Source: Candidatus Levybacteria bacterium RIFCSPLOWO2_01_FULL_38_21
GTDB lineage: Bacteria; Patescibacteriota; Microgenomatia; Levybacterales; UBA12049
Direction of reading: 5' to 3'
DNA length: 53,296 nucleotides
Assembly: GCA_001782475.1 (NCBI GenBank)
Contig: MFOT01000008.1
Coordinates: 1 to 53,296, forward strand
Shown here: positions 1-8,574 of the stretch, one piece after another
How the letters are laid out: each line of letters starts with the position of its first letter
Numbering within the stretch: the first letter of the stretch is position 1
Made by a program: the position numbers and the translations under genes
The notes under the pieces: model-generated
Databases searched by the model: none
The model's input: only the letters and a program-made list of their open reading frames with translations
What the model was told of the DNA's origin: nothing

Positions 1-10
1 TTTACAATTT

Positions 11-247
11 ATGAAGACAGGAAATATCGCGCAAAGACCAAAAGAAGAATGGCTCAAGATCCTTGATAAAGGAATGCTTACTATTCCTAAAAAGTGGCGG
101 GAAGAGCTTGGTTTTGAAAAAGGTAAGGTTATAAAGGCAAAAAAAACAGGAAAGACAATAGTTATTGAACCTATCGAAGAAGAAGCCCCTTATAGACTAT
201 ACACAGATAAAGAAATTTCTGAATTTCTCAAGGCGGATAAGCTCTAA
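11..247 (+). CDS. AbrB/SpoVT-fold antitoxin (VapB-like)
   Basis: 78-aa ORF with a swapped-hairpin style motif (LTIPKKWREELGF..G..V). Its stop lies 2 nt before the PIN gene start. Confidence 0.6.
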   Translation: MKTGNIAQRPKEEWLKILDKGMLTIPKKWREELGFEKGKVIKAKKTGKTIVIEPIEEEAPYRLYTDKEISEFLKADKL

Positions 248-249
248 AA

Positions 250-675
250 ATGCCGAAAGTCTTTTTTGATGCCTCAATTATTATTGCCGCTCTTATCTCC
301 AAAAAAGGTGGATCCCACAAGCTTTTAAGATATGCTAGAGAACGAAAGATTTTTGCTGTCACCTCTCAAACAGTAATTAATGAAGTGAAAGCAAATTTAC
401 ACAAATTTAAAGGTGTAAGTGAAAATAACCTAAGTAATCTTATAAAATCCTCAAAAATAATTATTAGAAAAAGGGTAACCAAAAACGAAATCTCTTCTTT
501 TATTGGCGCAGTTGATGATAAAGATGCGCACGTTCTTGCTGGGGGAGTTCTTACAGGATGTGAATATTTAGTAACTTTAGATAAAAAGCATTTTTTGAAT
601 AAAAAAGTTGTAGAAAAGGTTAAAAATATAAAAATTCTCTCTCCAAAATCATTGTTACAACTAAAGAGTCTGTGA
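250..675 (+). CDS. PIN-domain toxin (VapC-like ribonuclease)
   Basis: 141 aa with acidic PIN signature positions: FFDAS near the N-terminus, NEV, DDKDAHV and TLDKKHF. Immediately follows a small AbrB-type ORF. Confidence 0.7.
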   Translation: MPKVFFDASIIIAALISKKGGSHKLLRYARERKIFAVTSQTVINEVKANLHKFKGVSENNLSNLIKSSKIIIRKRVTKNEISSFIGAVDDKDAHVLAGGVLTGCEYLVTLDKKHFLNKKVVEKVKNIKILSPKSLLQLKSL

Positions 676-680
676 GCAGC

Positions 681-989
681 CTACATCTTAATCTCAATAT
701 TTACTCCAGCGGGCAATTCCAGATGAGTTAATGAATCAATTGTTTTATCTGTTGGAGAAATAATATCTATTAATCTTTTGTGGACTTTTATTTCAAAATG
801 GTCTCTTGCATCTTTATCTATAAACGGAGATTTGTTGACTGCATAAACACTTCTTTTTGTAGGAAGTGGAATAGGGCCTACAACCTTTGCGCCTGTTCTA
901 ATTGCAGTATCTAAAATCTGCTGGCAGCAAAGGTCAATAACCCTTGCATCATAACTTTTTAAACGTACTCTAATTCTCCCCTTCGGCAT
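681..989 (-). CDS. rpsJ: 30S ribosomal protein S10
   Basis: 102 aa. The RIRVRLKSYD...PLPTK...HFEIKVHKRLIDI pattern is typical S10; located downstream of tuf. Confidence 0.95.
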   Translation of the reverse strand: MPKGRIRVRLKSYDARVIDLCCQQILDTAIRTGAKVVGPIPLPTKRSVYAVNKSPFIDKDARDHFEIKVHKRLIDIISPTDKTIDSLTHLELPAGVNIEIKM

Positions 990-1000
990 AATATTAAATC

Positions 1001-1028
1001 AAAAATCAAAGATCAAAAATCAAAAATG
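1001..1028. repeat. Four tandem 7-nt units (AAAAATC/AAAGATC/AAAAATC/AAAAATG) in the rpsJ leader
   Basis: Direct reading. On the mRNA strand this is a UUUUUGA-type period-7 repeat ending about 12 nt before the rpsJ ATG. Confidence 0.8.
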
Positions 1029-1052
1029 ATTTTAAATTAGACCTAATGCTCT

Positions 1053-1081
1053 ATTTTACAATAGATAAAGTTTTTATTCAA
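1053..1081 (-). promoter_or_regulatory. Putative sigma70-type promoter of rpsJ
   Basis: Minus strand reads TTGAAT (1081-1076), 17 nt spacer, TAAAAT (1058-1053). Predicts a leader of roughly 55-60 nt. Confidence 0.5.
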
Positions 1082-1338
1082 GAAGAAGAGAGAGAAATTG
1101 CTCAATTATCACATTGCTAAATTGCTAAAATGTCGCCAATCCGTATGTCGAATGCGTGAGAAATTAGACGAGTAATTCAGGGGGATTCCTTGCAGACTTG
1201 TCAAGGAGGGGGTGAAATCCCCCGTTAAGTGAGGGAGTAAAAATAGCCCGGTTTCATTTCGCAAAGAGTCTTGGTTCTTTTACGGAAAAAGAACAAAGAA
1301 AAATTAATGTGGGAGCGATTTAAAAAAATTAAAGAGGG

Positions 1339-2520
1339 TTAAGCAATAATCTTTGAGATGACTCCTGCGCCGACTGTTTTTCCACCTTCTCTAACGGCGA
1401 ACCTTACTCCCTCTTCCAATGCAACAGGGACAATAAGTTTTACTGTCATCTTTGTATTGTCTCCGGGCATAACCATCTCAACACCCTTAGGAAGAGCAAC
1501 CTCTGCTGTTACATCGGTTGTTCGAATATAAAATTGCGGCCTATAACCAGAAAAAAATGGGGTGTGTCGACCTCCTTCTTCTTTGGTAAGAATATAAACC
1601 TCTGCCTCAAATTCCTTATGAGGAGTTATACTTCCCGGTTTTGCAATAACCTGTCCTCTTTCTACGTCGTCTTTTTCAACACCCCGAAGAAGAAGACCCA
1701 CATTGTCTCCTGCTTGTCCTTCGTCAAGGCTTTTTCTAAACATTTCAACTCCTGTAACAACTGTTGATTTTGTTGCTTTTATTCCAATTATCTCAACTGA
1801 TTCGTTTACCTTAACAACTCCTCTTTCTATTCTTCCTGTTACAACTGTGCCGCGGCCTTTGATTGAGAAGACATCTTCAACAGGCATTAAAAACGGCTTT
1901 TCGATATCTCTTTTTGGAGTTGGAATGTAGTTATCAACCGCATCCATAAGAGCTGAAATTTGTTTTTCTGCTTCTGCGTCTCCCTCCAATGCTTTAAGGG
2001 CAGATCCTCTTATGATTGGGGCATCATTTCCCGGATATTGATATTTTGTAAGAAGTTCTCTTACTTCCATTTCTACCAAATCCAAAAGCTCTTGATCTTG
2101 GACCATATCGGTTTTGTTAAGAAATACAACAATTGCAGGAACGCCAACCTGACGGGCAAGTAAAATATGTTCTCTTGTTTGCGGCATTGGACCGTCTGGG
2201 GCTGAAACAACAAGAATAGCTCCATCCATTTGGGCGGCACCTGTTATCATATTCTTTATGTAATCTGCGTGACCCGGGGCATCAATATGAGCATAGTGCC
2301 GTTTTTCTGTTTCATATTCAATATGAGTAATGTTGATTGTGACTCCTCTTGCTTTTTCTTCGGGAGCATTATCAATATCTTCATATTTCTTAGCTGTTGC
2401 TTTTCCCTGTTTTGCCAAAACTAAAGTTATTGCAGCAGTTAATGTGGTTTTACCATGGTCAACATGGCCAATAGTGCCAATATTTACATGCGGTTTTGTT
2501 CTTTGAAATTTTTCTGCCAT
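1339..2520 (-). CDS. tuf: Elongation factor Tu
   Basis: 393 aa with [18 protein letters not shown] and NKTD G-motifs. Full-length EF-Tu. Confidence 0.97.
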   Translation of the reverse strand: MAEKFQRTKPHVNIGTIGHVDHGKTTLTAAITLVLAKQGKATAKKYEDIDNAPEEKARGVTINITHIEYETEKRHYAHIDAPGHADYIKNMITGAAQMDGAILVVSAPDGPMPQTREHILLARQVGVPAIVVFLNKTDMVQDQELLDLVEMEVRELLTKYQYPGNDAPIIRGSALKALEGDAEAEKQISALMDAVDNYIPTPKRDIEKPFLMPVEDVFSIKGRGTVVTGRIERGVVKVNESVEIIGIKATKSTVVTGVEMFRKSLDEGQAGDNVGLLLRGVEKDDVERGQVIAKPGSITPHKEFEAEVYILTKEEGGRHTPFFSGYRPQFYIRTTDVTAEVALPKGVEMVMPGDNTKMTVKLIVPVALEEGVRFAVREGGKTVGAGVISKIIA

Positions 2521-2568
2521 AAATTTTTACAAGAAAAAATACACCTTAGAAGATTTAAGGCTAAAGGC

Positions 2569-2597
2569 AATATACAATATTTTCGCTAGAAGGTCAA
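2569..2597 (-). promoter_or_regulatory. Putative promoter of tuf
   Basis: Minus strand reads TTGACC (2597-2592), 17 nt spacer, TATATT (2574-2569), about 50 nt upstream of the tuf ATG. Confidence 0.5.
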
Positions 2598-2614
2598 GAG
2601 TCAAAATGGGAAAT

Positions 2615-3139
2615 TTAGACTGCTATGTGGAGTTGGTCTCGAGGAATAGGCGCTGCTCCTCGCATTCTAACCAGAACAAAAGCAAAATGTGCATCTGTTG
2701 ACCCTCTATGAATAGTGTCTGGGAGGACGGTTACAAAACTATTATCCTCGGTAAGCTCAATCACAGAAGACCCATCTTCTCCCAAATGAAGAAAAATTTT
2801 TCCTCGTAATAGATGATAATCTTCTCTTACTTCTATTTGTTTATGAGAATGTTTATGAGGAGAGGTCTTTTTATTGGCACGCATGAAGTATATAAAGACC
2901 CAGTCATCGCCGATTATCCCCTCAAAAAGATATTCACCATCGGAATTTTCGTGTTTTATTGGGGGAAAATTAAAATCTAAAGTCTGCCCTTGCGCAAGGA
3001 CGCCAATGGCATAAAGACGTTCATGGACAACATTTTTGTAATCCGGAATGAAAACCGAAAGATATTCTGGTGTAATACCTTGACTTGCCCAATCTTGTTG
3101 GAAAGCGGCAGCTCCCCCGGCTTCTGCTATTGATACCAT
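2615..3139 (-). CDS. Cupin-fold protein (metal-binding HxH...E / ...H motifs)
   Basis: 174 aa. SPHKHSHKQIEVREDYHLLRGK followed by LPDTIHRG resembles the two cupin motifs. The termini of the gene are visibly GC-richer than the flanks. Confidence 0.55.
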   Translation of the reverse strand: MVSIAEAGGAAAFQQDWASQGITPEYLSVFIPDYKNVVHERLYAIGVLAQGQTLDFNFPPIKHENSDGEYLFEGIIGDDWVFIYFMRANKKTSPHKHSHKQIEVREDYHLLRGKIFLHLGEDGSSVIELTEDNSFVTVLPDTIHRGSTDAHFAFVLVRMRGAAPIPRDQLHIAV

Positions 3140-3147
3140 AAAAAGCT

Positions 3148-3177
3148 ATTATATAAAATTTCTATAGATAATTTCAA
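3148..3177 (-). promoter_or_regulatory. Putative promoter of the cupin gene
   Basis: Minus strand reads TTGAAA (3177-3172), 18 nt spacer, TATAAT (3153-3148), then 8 nt to the ATG at 3139. Confidence 0.5.
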
Positions 3178-3183
3178 ACTCTA

Positions 3184-5331
3184 TTATTGGGCGGCAACCC
3201 TTCCGGTAAAGGTAGATTTGGCAAGCATTTGTTCAATGATATTTTTTGGAACTTCCTCATAGTGCGACGGCTCCATATAGTAAGAGGCACGTCCTTGAGA
3301 CATAGAGCGTAGAGTTGTTGCATAACCGGATAATTCTGCCAAAGGAACCATTGCCAAAATAATCGTAGCACGAGCTCTCTCTTCTGTTCCCAAAATTTGT
3401 GCTCTTTTGGAAGAAAGATCTCCAATAATATCTCCCATAAACTCAGCGGGCGTTGTTACCTCAACTTTCATTATCGGTTCAAGAAGCGTAAGATTGGCTT
3501 TTTTCGTTGCAGCCTGTAGGGCTTGACTTGCCGCAATCTTAAATGCAATATCCGAAGAATCGACTTCGTGATAACTTCCGTCATAAACTGCAACTTTTAT
3601 ATCAACCATAGGATACCCTAATAAAACTCCGTTTTCCATTGATTCCTTTACGCCTTTTTCTACAGATGCAATAAACTCCTTGGGAATTGCTCCACCTCTT
3701 ATCGCATCTACAAACTCGTATCCTTCTCCTCTCGGTTTTGGCGAAACTCTTAAAAAACAATGGCCGTATTGACCTCGTCCTCCGCTTTGTCTTATATATT
3801 TTCCCTCTGCCTCTGCTATTTTAGTAATTGTTTCTTTGTATGCAACCTGGGGCGCTCCGACATTTGCTAAAACACTAAACTCTCTTCTCATTCGATCCAC
3901 CATAATTTCAAGCTGAAGTTCTCCAATTCCAGAGATTATTGTCTGTCCTGTTTCATGATTTACTTTAATAACAAAAGTCGGATCTTCTTCGGAAAGTCTC
4001 TTTAATGCAAATCCCAATTTTTCCTGATCTACTTTGGTTTTTGGTTCTATTGCCAAGGAAATAACCGGCTCTGGAAATAAAATCCTTTCAAGAACAATTG
4101 GATTTTTTTCATCACAAAGAGTATCTCCTGTTGTTGTATCTTTTAAACCAACGAGTGCTACAATCTCGCCTGAGATTGCCTCTTTAATCTCCTCTCTTGT
4201 ATTTGCGTGCATCAAAAGGATACGGCCAACCCTCTCCATCTTATTTTTTGTACTATTATACGTATAAGAACCCGATGTTATTTTTCCTGAGTAAACCCTA
4301 AAGTAGGTAAGTTTTCCAACATGAGGATCAATTTGGATTTTAAACGCAAGCCCCGCAAAGGACTCTTCCGGAGCCAATTTTCTAACCTCTTCTTGGTTTG
4401 TTTTTGGATTTATTCCCTTTACTTGCCTAAGGTCCAAGGGAGACGGAAGATAATCTACAACAGCATCAAGCAGGGGTTGAACCCCTTTATTTCTAAGGCT
4501 TGAACCTGCATAGATTGGAACAAGTTTATAAGCAATTACTGCTTTTCTTAAAGCTTCTTTTAGCTCTTCTACTGTTGGTTCTTCGCCACTTAAATATTTT
4601 TCCAAAAGTTTATCATCTGTTTCTGCAATTTTCTCAATAAGCTTATGTCTGTATTTTTCAACCTGGGTTTTCATCTCATCTGGAATTTCATCTTTGACTT
4701 CATATTTTGCGCCAAGTTCATCTCCTCCCCAAATTAATGATTTGCGGGTAAGTAGATCAATAACTCCCTTAAAAGACTGCTCAACCCCAATTGGCAAAAC
4801 CATAACTAGAGGATTTGCACCAAGCCGATCTTCGATGCTTTTTACTGTTGAAAGAAAATCTGCTCCGAGCTTATCCATTTTATTGATAAAACAAATTCTT
4901 GGAACTTTATATTTGTCCGCTTGTCTCCAGACAGTTTCGGATTGAGACTGAACTCCCTCCTCTGCATCCAGAACTGTAATTCCTCCATCGAGAACACGAA
5001 GGGATCTCTCAACTTCTGCGGTAAAATCCACGTGACCCGGGGTATCTATGATATTTATTCGGTAAGAATCTTCTTGCCCCGCGGAGCTTTGCAAAGTGTG
5101 GGTCCAATAAGCAGTTGTTGCAGCAGAAACAATAGTAATGCCCCGCTCTTTTTCCTGCACCATCCAATCCATTTGAGTAGTTCCTTTATCGATATCTCCT
5201 ATTTTGTAGGTTTTACCGGTATAAAAGAGGATACGCTCGGTTGTTGTTGTTTTACCAGCATCGATATGAGCGATAATGCCTATATTTCTGATCTTGTCCA
5301 ACGGTAAGTCTCTTGATTTTGCATCCGCCAT
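3184..5331 (-). CDS. fusA: Elongation factor G
   Basis: 715 aa with [20 protein letters not shown] and NKMD motifs, plus full domains II-V by similarity pattern. Confidence 0.97.
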   Translation of the reverse strand: MADAKSRDLPLDKIRNIGIIAHIDAGKTTTTERILFYTGKTYKIGDIDKGTTQMDWMVQEKERGITIVSAATTAYWTHTLQSSAGQEDSYRINIIDTPGHVDFTAEVERSLRVLDGGITVLDAEEGVQSQSETVWRQADKYKVPRICFINKMDKLGADFLSTVKSIEDRLGANPLVMVLPIGVEQSFKGVIDLLTRKSLIWGGDELGAKYEVKDEIPDEMKTQVEKYRHKLIEKIAETDDKLLEKYLSGEEPTVEELKEALRKAVIAYKLVPIYAGSSLRNKGVQPLLDAVVDYLPSPLDLRQVKGINPKTNQEEVRKLAPEESFAGLAFKIQIDPHVGKLTYFRVYSGKITSGSYTYNSTKNKMERVGRILLMHANTREEIKEAISGEIVALVGLKDTTTGDTLCDEKNPIVLERILFPEPVISLAIEPKTKVDQEKLGFALKRLSEEDPTFVIKVNHETGQTIISGIGELQLEIMVDRMRREFSVLANVGAPQVAYKETITKIAEAEGKYIRQSGGRGQYGHCFLRVSPKPRGEGYEFVDAIRGGAIPKEFIASVEKGVKESMENGVLLGYPMVDIKVAVYDGSYHEVDSSDIAFKIAASQALQAATKKANLTLLEPIMKVEVTTPAEFMGDIIGDLSSKRAQILGTEERARATIILAMVPLAELSGYATTLRSMSQGRASYYMEPSHYEEVPKNIIEQMLAKSTFTGRVAAQ

Positions 5332-5418
5332 AAAAAAACAAAATTCGAAATCCTAAATACTAAATCCTAAATAATTTTGATTATTGAAGTTTTGGGAATT
5401 GTAATTTGTTTAGAATTT

Positions 5419-5455
5419 ACCCTTCGATAAAACTCAGGGTCCTGAGCTTGTCGAA
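5419..5455. repeat. Family C palindromic element (ACCCT-TCGATAAAACTC-AGGGT plus CCTGAGCTTGTCGAA arm), intergenic copy
   Basis: Direct reading. Shares the CCCTTCG...GCTCAGGG core with copies at 18018, 23898 and 28541. Confidence 0.75.
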
Positions 5456-5487
5456 TGGAGATATTCGAATTTAGAATTTGTCTAAGA

Positions 5488-5496
5488 AGTATACCA
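5488..5496 (-). promoter_or_regulatory. Extended -10 (TGGTATACT) candidate promoter for fusA
   Basis: Minus strand reads TGG-TATACT. It would give a leader of about 150 nt containing the family C element and AAATCCTAAATA repeats. Confidence 0.35.
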
Positions 5497-5521
5497 CATT
5501 TTACCCAGCTTGACTACACAA

Positions 5522-5530
5522 TGGTATAAT
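5522..5530 (+). promoter_or_regulatory. Extended -10 (TGGTATAAT) promoter of the alpha/beta hydrolase gene
   Basis: TGG-TATAAT at 5522-5530, then 6 nt to the ATG at 5537. Confidence 0.5.
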
Positions 5531-5536
5531 TGCATT

Positions 5537-6262
5537 ATGAAATCTGAATCGGTAAGGATAAAGGGAAACGAATACTCCCTTTCGGGAACGCTTATTAAGC
5601 CTGAAAACGGAGAAAAAGTCCCTGCAGTCGTTTTCTATCATGGTATGATAAGCCAAAGCAAACCAAGATATATAAGACGGGCTGAAAAATTAGCAAGAAT
5701 TGGAATCGGTTCTTTGTGTTTTGATTTCAGAGGTTGTGGGGAAAGTGATGGAAAACTTGGTAAGTTGTCTCTCTCCGATTGGTTTTCTGATGCATTAATT
5801 GCCTTTGACTATCTTTTCAAGCAAAATTTTGTTGATAAAGATAGAGTCGGAATTGCAGGAAAAAGTCTCGGCGGATGCATGGGCACCCTTGTGTCTGATA
5901 AGAGAAATGTAAAATCAATGGTTCTCCAAGCCCCAGCGGTCTACCCGGATGAATGGTTTAATGAGAAATATACTTGGGGTGAGAAACTAAGTAAACGAAG
6001 ATTGGAATACAGAAAATCAAAAAAAGCACTTGATAATAGTACGATCAGAGCAATTGAAAAATTCAAAAATCCATTATTAATAGTAGGAAGCGAGCTTGAC
6101 GATACCTGCCCCAAAAAAGTAGTTGAGGGGTATTTTGAAAAAGCCGGATCAAAAAATAAAAAACTCGAGTGGATAAAAGGTGCCGATCATTCTCTCAAAA
6201 ATGAAATCCATAACCAACAATACATAAGATTAATGACTGACTGGTTCTCAAAAACCTTATAA
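5537..6262 (+). CDS. Alpha/beta hydrolase (dienelactone hydrolase / S9-like)
   Basis: GKSLGG nucleophile elbow, acidic ELDD and a C-terminal GADHSL His. Start moved to ATG 5537 because the track's TTG at 5510 lies upstream of the -10 box. Confidence 0.75.
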   Translation: MKSESVRIKGNEYSLSGTLIKPENGEKVPAVVFYHGMISQSKPRYIRRAEKLARIGIGSLCFDFRGCGESDGKLGKLSLSDWFSDALIAFDYLFKQNFVDKDRVGIAGKSLGGCMGTLVSDKRNVKSMVLQAPAVYPDEWFNEKYTWGEKLSKRRLEYRKSKKALDNSTIRAIEKFKNPLLIVGSELDDTCPKKVVEGYFEKAGSKNKKLEWIKGADHSLKNEIHNQQYIRLMTDWFSKTL

Positions 6263-6277
6263 ATTTTAATTTGACAC

Positions 6278-6306
6278 TTGACAAATCTTACGTAATTACG
6301 TAAAAT
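6278..6306 (+). promoter_or_regulatory. Promoter plus palindromic operator of the phd/relE pair
   Basis: TTGACA (6278-6283), 17 nt spacer, TAAAAT (6301-6306). The perfect 16-bp palindrome TTACGTAATTACGTAA (6288-6303) fills the spacer and overlaps the -10. The ATG is 6 nt after the -10. Confidence 0.6.
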
Positions 6307-6312
6307 ATTTTT

Positions 6313-6576
6313 ATGACTACAATTTCCGCAACAAATGCCAGAACAAAACTTTATGACATTTTGGATGAAGTAGAAAAACTCTCCAAAAGAATTACTATTA
6401 CAAGTCATGGAAAAGCCAAAGCTGTTTTGGTAAATCCTGATGAGCTTGAGGGCATTGAAGAAACATTGGAAATCCTAAAGGATAAAAGGGCCGTCGCTTC
6501 TATTAAAAAAAGCATGGAGGAAATTAAAGCTGGCAAAATCATTTCTTTTAAGGAAGCTACTGGCGAAGATCTTTAA
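6313..6576 (+). CDS. Phd/YefM-family antitoxin
   Basis: 87 aa. The N-terminus TISATNARTKLYDILDEV...ITSHGKAKAVLV is typical Phd/YefM. TAATG overlap with the toxin gene. Confidence 0.8.
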   Translation: MTTISATNARTKLYDILDEVEKLSKRITITSHGKAKAVLVNPDELEGIEETLEILKDKRAVASIKKSMEEIKAGKIISFKEATGEDL

Positions 6577-6827
6577 TGACCAAAGTTAATTTTACCCCTA
6601 ACTCTTTAAAACACTTCAAAAAAATAAAAGATAAGAAAATAAAAGCAAAAATTAAAACGGGATTTTTAAAACTTTCTCAAAATTCTTATCTTGGAAAAAA
6701 ATTAGAAGGGGAATTTCAAGGTCAATATTCTCTTCGCGTCTGGCCTTATAGAATTGTGTACTACATCACTGAAAAAAAGGATATCATAATTACCGACATC
6801 GGCCACCGAAAAGAAATTTATCGATAA
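6576..6827 (+). CDS. RelE/ParE-family toxin (mRNA interferase)
   Basis: 83 aa with C-terminal YRIVYYI....IIITDIGHRKEIY, the RelE/ParE signature. Confidence 0.8.
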   Translation: MTKVNFTPNSLKHFKKIKDKKIKAKIKTGFLKLSQNSYLGKKLEGEFQGQYSLRVWPYRIVYYITEKKDIIITDIGHRKEIYR

Positions 6828-6829
6828 TA

Positions 6830-7285
6830 ATGAAAGATCTTAGAAAATTAATTCGCGATTATTTAGAAGACGCAAGGCTTATGCAGCTTTCAACTGCAGA
6901 CAATAATCAACCCTGGACATGCAGCATCTGGTTTGCCGCAGATAATGATTTAAATATTTATTGGTTCTCATCTACAAAAAGACGCCATTCAAATGAGGTA
7001 ATGAAAAACCCCAAAGTTTCAGCGGCAATTGTACTTCCTCATACTCCTCAGGACAAACCAAGGGGCTTGCAACTTCAGGGTACAGCTTGGCAAGTGAAAA
7101 GTAAAAAAGAGATTGCTAAAGCTAGCTTATTATTTATTAGTCGGATTTTTACAAAGAAACAAATTATAGATTTCATGAAATTGCGTGACCATCCACACAG
7201 TTTTTACAAAATAAAACCCACGCTTTTTGTGCTTTTTGATTTAGTAAACTTTCCCAAAAACCCAAGACAGGAGCTGAGATTATGA
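6830..7285 (+). CDS. Pyridoxamine 5'-phosphate oxidase-family (FMN-binding split barrel) protein
   Basis: 151 aa. The pattern MQLSTADNNQPWTCSIWF...YWFSSTKRRHSNEV resembles PNPOx/general stress protein 26-like proteins. Confidence 0.65.
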   Translation: MKDLRKLIRDYLEDARLMQLSTADNNQPWTCSIWFAADNDLNIYWFSSTKRRHSNEVMKNPKVSAAIVLPHTPQDKPRGLQLQGTAWQVKSKKEIAKASLLFISRIFTKKQIIDFMKLRDHPHSFYKIKPTLFVLFDLVNFPKNPRQELRL

Positions 7286-8025
7286 GAGACTATTTACAAA
7301 ATAAAGTTATTTTAATTACTGGTTCTTCTGGGGGAATTGGCTCTGCTACTGCAACACTTGCAAGTGAATCTGGCGCAAAAGTCATTCTGCATGGAAATAC
7401 CAATAGCAAAAAGCTTGAGGGGTTGGCCAGAAAACTTAAGGCAGATTTTATAGCTTGTGATGTAACAAACAAAAGTTCAGTTATCAAAGAAGTAAAAAGG
7501 ATAGTGGAAAAAACAAAAAAAATAGAAGGACTTATCAATTGCGCAGGAATCGTAAGACCTAAACCATTTCTTGAGACAGAAGATGAAAATTGGCTAGAGG
7601 AATATAAAGTTAATTTTTTAGGAACTGTCCACTTTTGTCAAGCAGTAATTCCTTATATGCTAAAAAATAAATACGGAAGGATCGTAAATATAGCTTCCAT
7701 AAGAGGCCATTCTGCTACATCAACTCCAAGAGGTATGTCATATTCCGCATCAAAAGCAGCAATTGTAAATCTTACTGCGGCTCTGGCAAAAGAATATGCT
7801 CCGAATATTGCCGTAAATGCAGTTTCCCCAGGTTTTGTACAAACTGAAATGTCAAAGACTTGGAACGAAACAGTTTGGAATCAAGCAAAAAGCTCTCTTC
7901 TTAAAAGAACTGCGCAACCCTCAGAAATAGGGGAAGCTTTATTGTTCCTAATAAGTGGCAAAGCAAGTTTTATAACCGGCCAAACAATCTTAGTAGACGG
8001 CGGTTACACTATTTCAGGAAAATAG
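7282..8025 (+). CDS. Short-chain dehydrogenase/reductase (FabG-like)
   Basis: TGSSGGIGSA cofactor motif, NCAG, and YSASKAA catalytic YxxxK. 4-nt overlap with the preceding gene. Confidence 0.85.
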   Translation: MRDYLQNKVILITGSSGGIGSATATLASESGAKVILHGNTNSKKLEGLARKLKADFIACDVTNKSSVIKEVKRIVEKTKKIEGLINCAGIVRPKPFLETEDENWLEEYKVNFLGTVHFCQAVIPYMLKNKYGRIVNIASIRGHSATSTPRGMSYSASKAAIVNLTAALAKEYAPNIAVNAVSPGFVQTEMSKTWNETVWNQAKSSLLKRTAQPSEIGEALLFLISGKASFITGQTILVDGGYTISGK

Positions 8026-8499
8026 TTACCATCTGAAGTGGGCGAAGGCGCGGTTGGCGTCTGCCATTCTTTGGACGATGTCTCTCTTCTTAATTGCTTC
8101 TCCCTTATTCTCCAGCGCATCCAAAAATTCTGCAGCAAGTTTTTCCGAAAAAGTATGAAATTCTTTATTAGACCGGGACGTTGCAGCTTGAATTATCCAA
8201 CGGACAGCTAAGGAGAGCCTTCTGTCTCCCCGTACTTCAATGGGAACCTGATAAGATGCTCCTCCAACTCTTCTTGCCTTTACTTCTTGCCTTGGGCCTA
8301 CATTAGAGACAGCTTTTTCAAAAACTTCAAGAGGGGTTTTTCCTTGTTTTTCAATTAGTCCTAATGCATCATAAAAAAGTTTTTGCGCGACGGTTTTTTT
8401 ACCATCCCTCATTAAACTATTTATAAATTTAGTGACAAGACGGCTTTTATAAATTTTATCTGGTTCGGTCTGTCTTAGGTGAGCTTTTTTACCTCTCAT
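8026..8499 (-). CDS. rpsG: 30S ribosomal protein S7
   Basis: 157 aa, typical S7 sequence (LINSLMRDGKK..., RVGGASYQVP). Its stop codon abuts the stop of the convergent SDR gene with 0 nt between them. Confidence 0.95.
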   Translation of the reverse strand: MRGKKAHLRQTEPDKIYKSRLVTKFINSLMRDGKKTVAQKLFYDALGLIEKQGKTPLEVFEKAVSNVGPRQEVKARRVGGASYQVPIEVRGDRRLSLAVRWIIQAATSRSNKEFHTFSEKLAAEFLDALENKGEAIKKRDIVQRMADANRAFAHFRW

Positions 8500-8574
8500 A
8501 ATATAGATATAAATTGCTTGATTGTTTAACTGCTATATTGTTTTCAACAATTTAACAATACAACAATTCAACCA

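Noticed and set aside
1180-1224. tRNA-like appearance of GGGGGATT / CCTTG..CAAGG / GGGGG-TGAAAT-CCCCC
   Set aside because: The anticodon-like loop would be 9 nt and the T-loop 6 nt without the TTCRA signature. No acceptor stem or D-arm could be drawn, so it is not a tRNA.
1534-2424. Four plus-strand ORFs (64-77 aa) inside tuf
   Set aside because: They are antisense shadow ORFs within a highly conserved EF-Tu gene. The sequences are low-complexity or Cys/Phe-rich, and none has a promoter or family resemblance.
3174-5307. ORFs 3174-3425 (-), 4034-4267, 4321-4503, 4694-4945 and 4921-5307 (+) overlapping fusA
   Set aside because: All lie inside or out of frame with the full-length EF-G gene. 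This is typical for alternative-frame ORFs in an AT-rich gene.
5510-5536. TTG start of the hydrolase ORF; similarly the TTG at 34079 for the orphan ORF
   Set aside because: The TTG at 34079 is itself the -35 hexamer of the promoter. The TTG at 5510 lies upstream of the extended -10. The first ATG after each -10 is the more plausible start.
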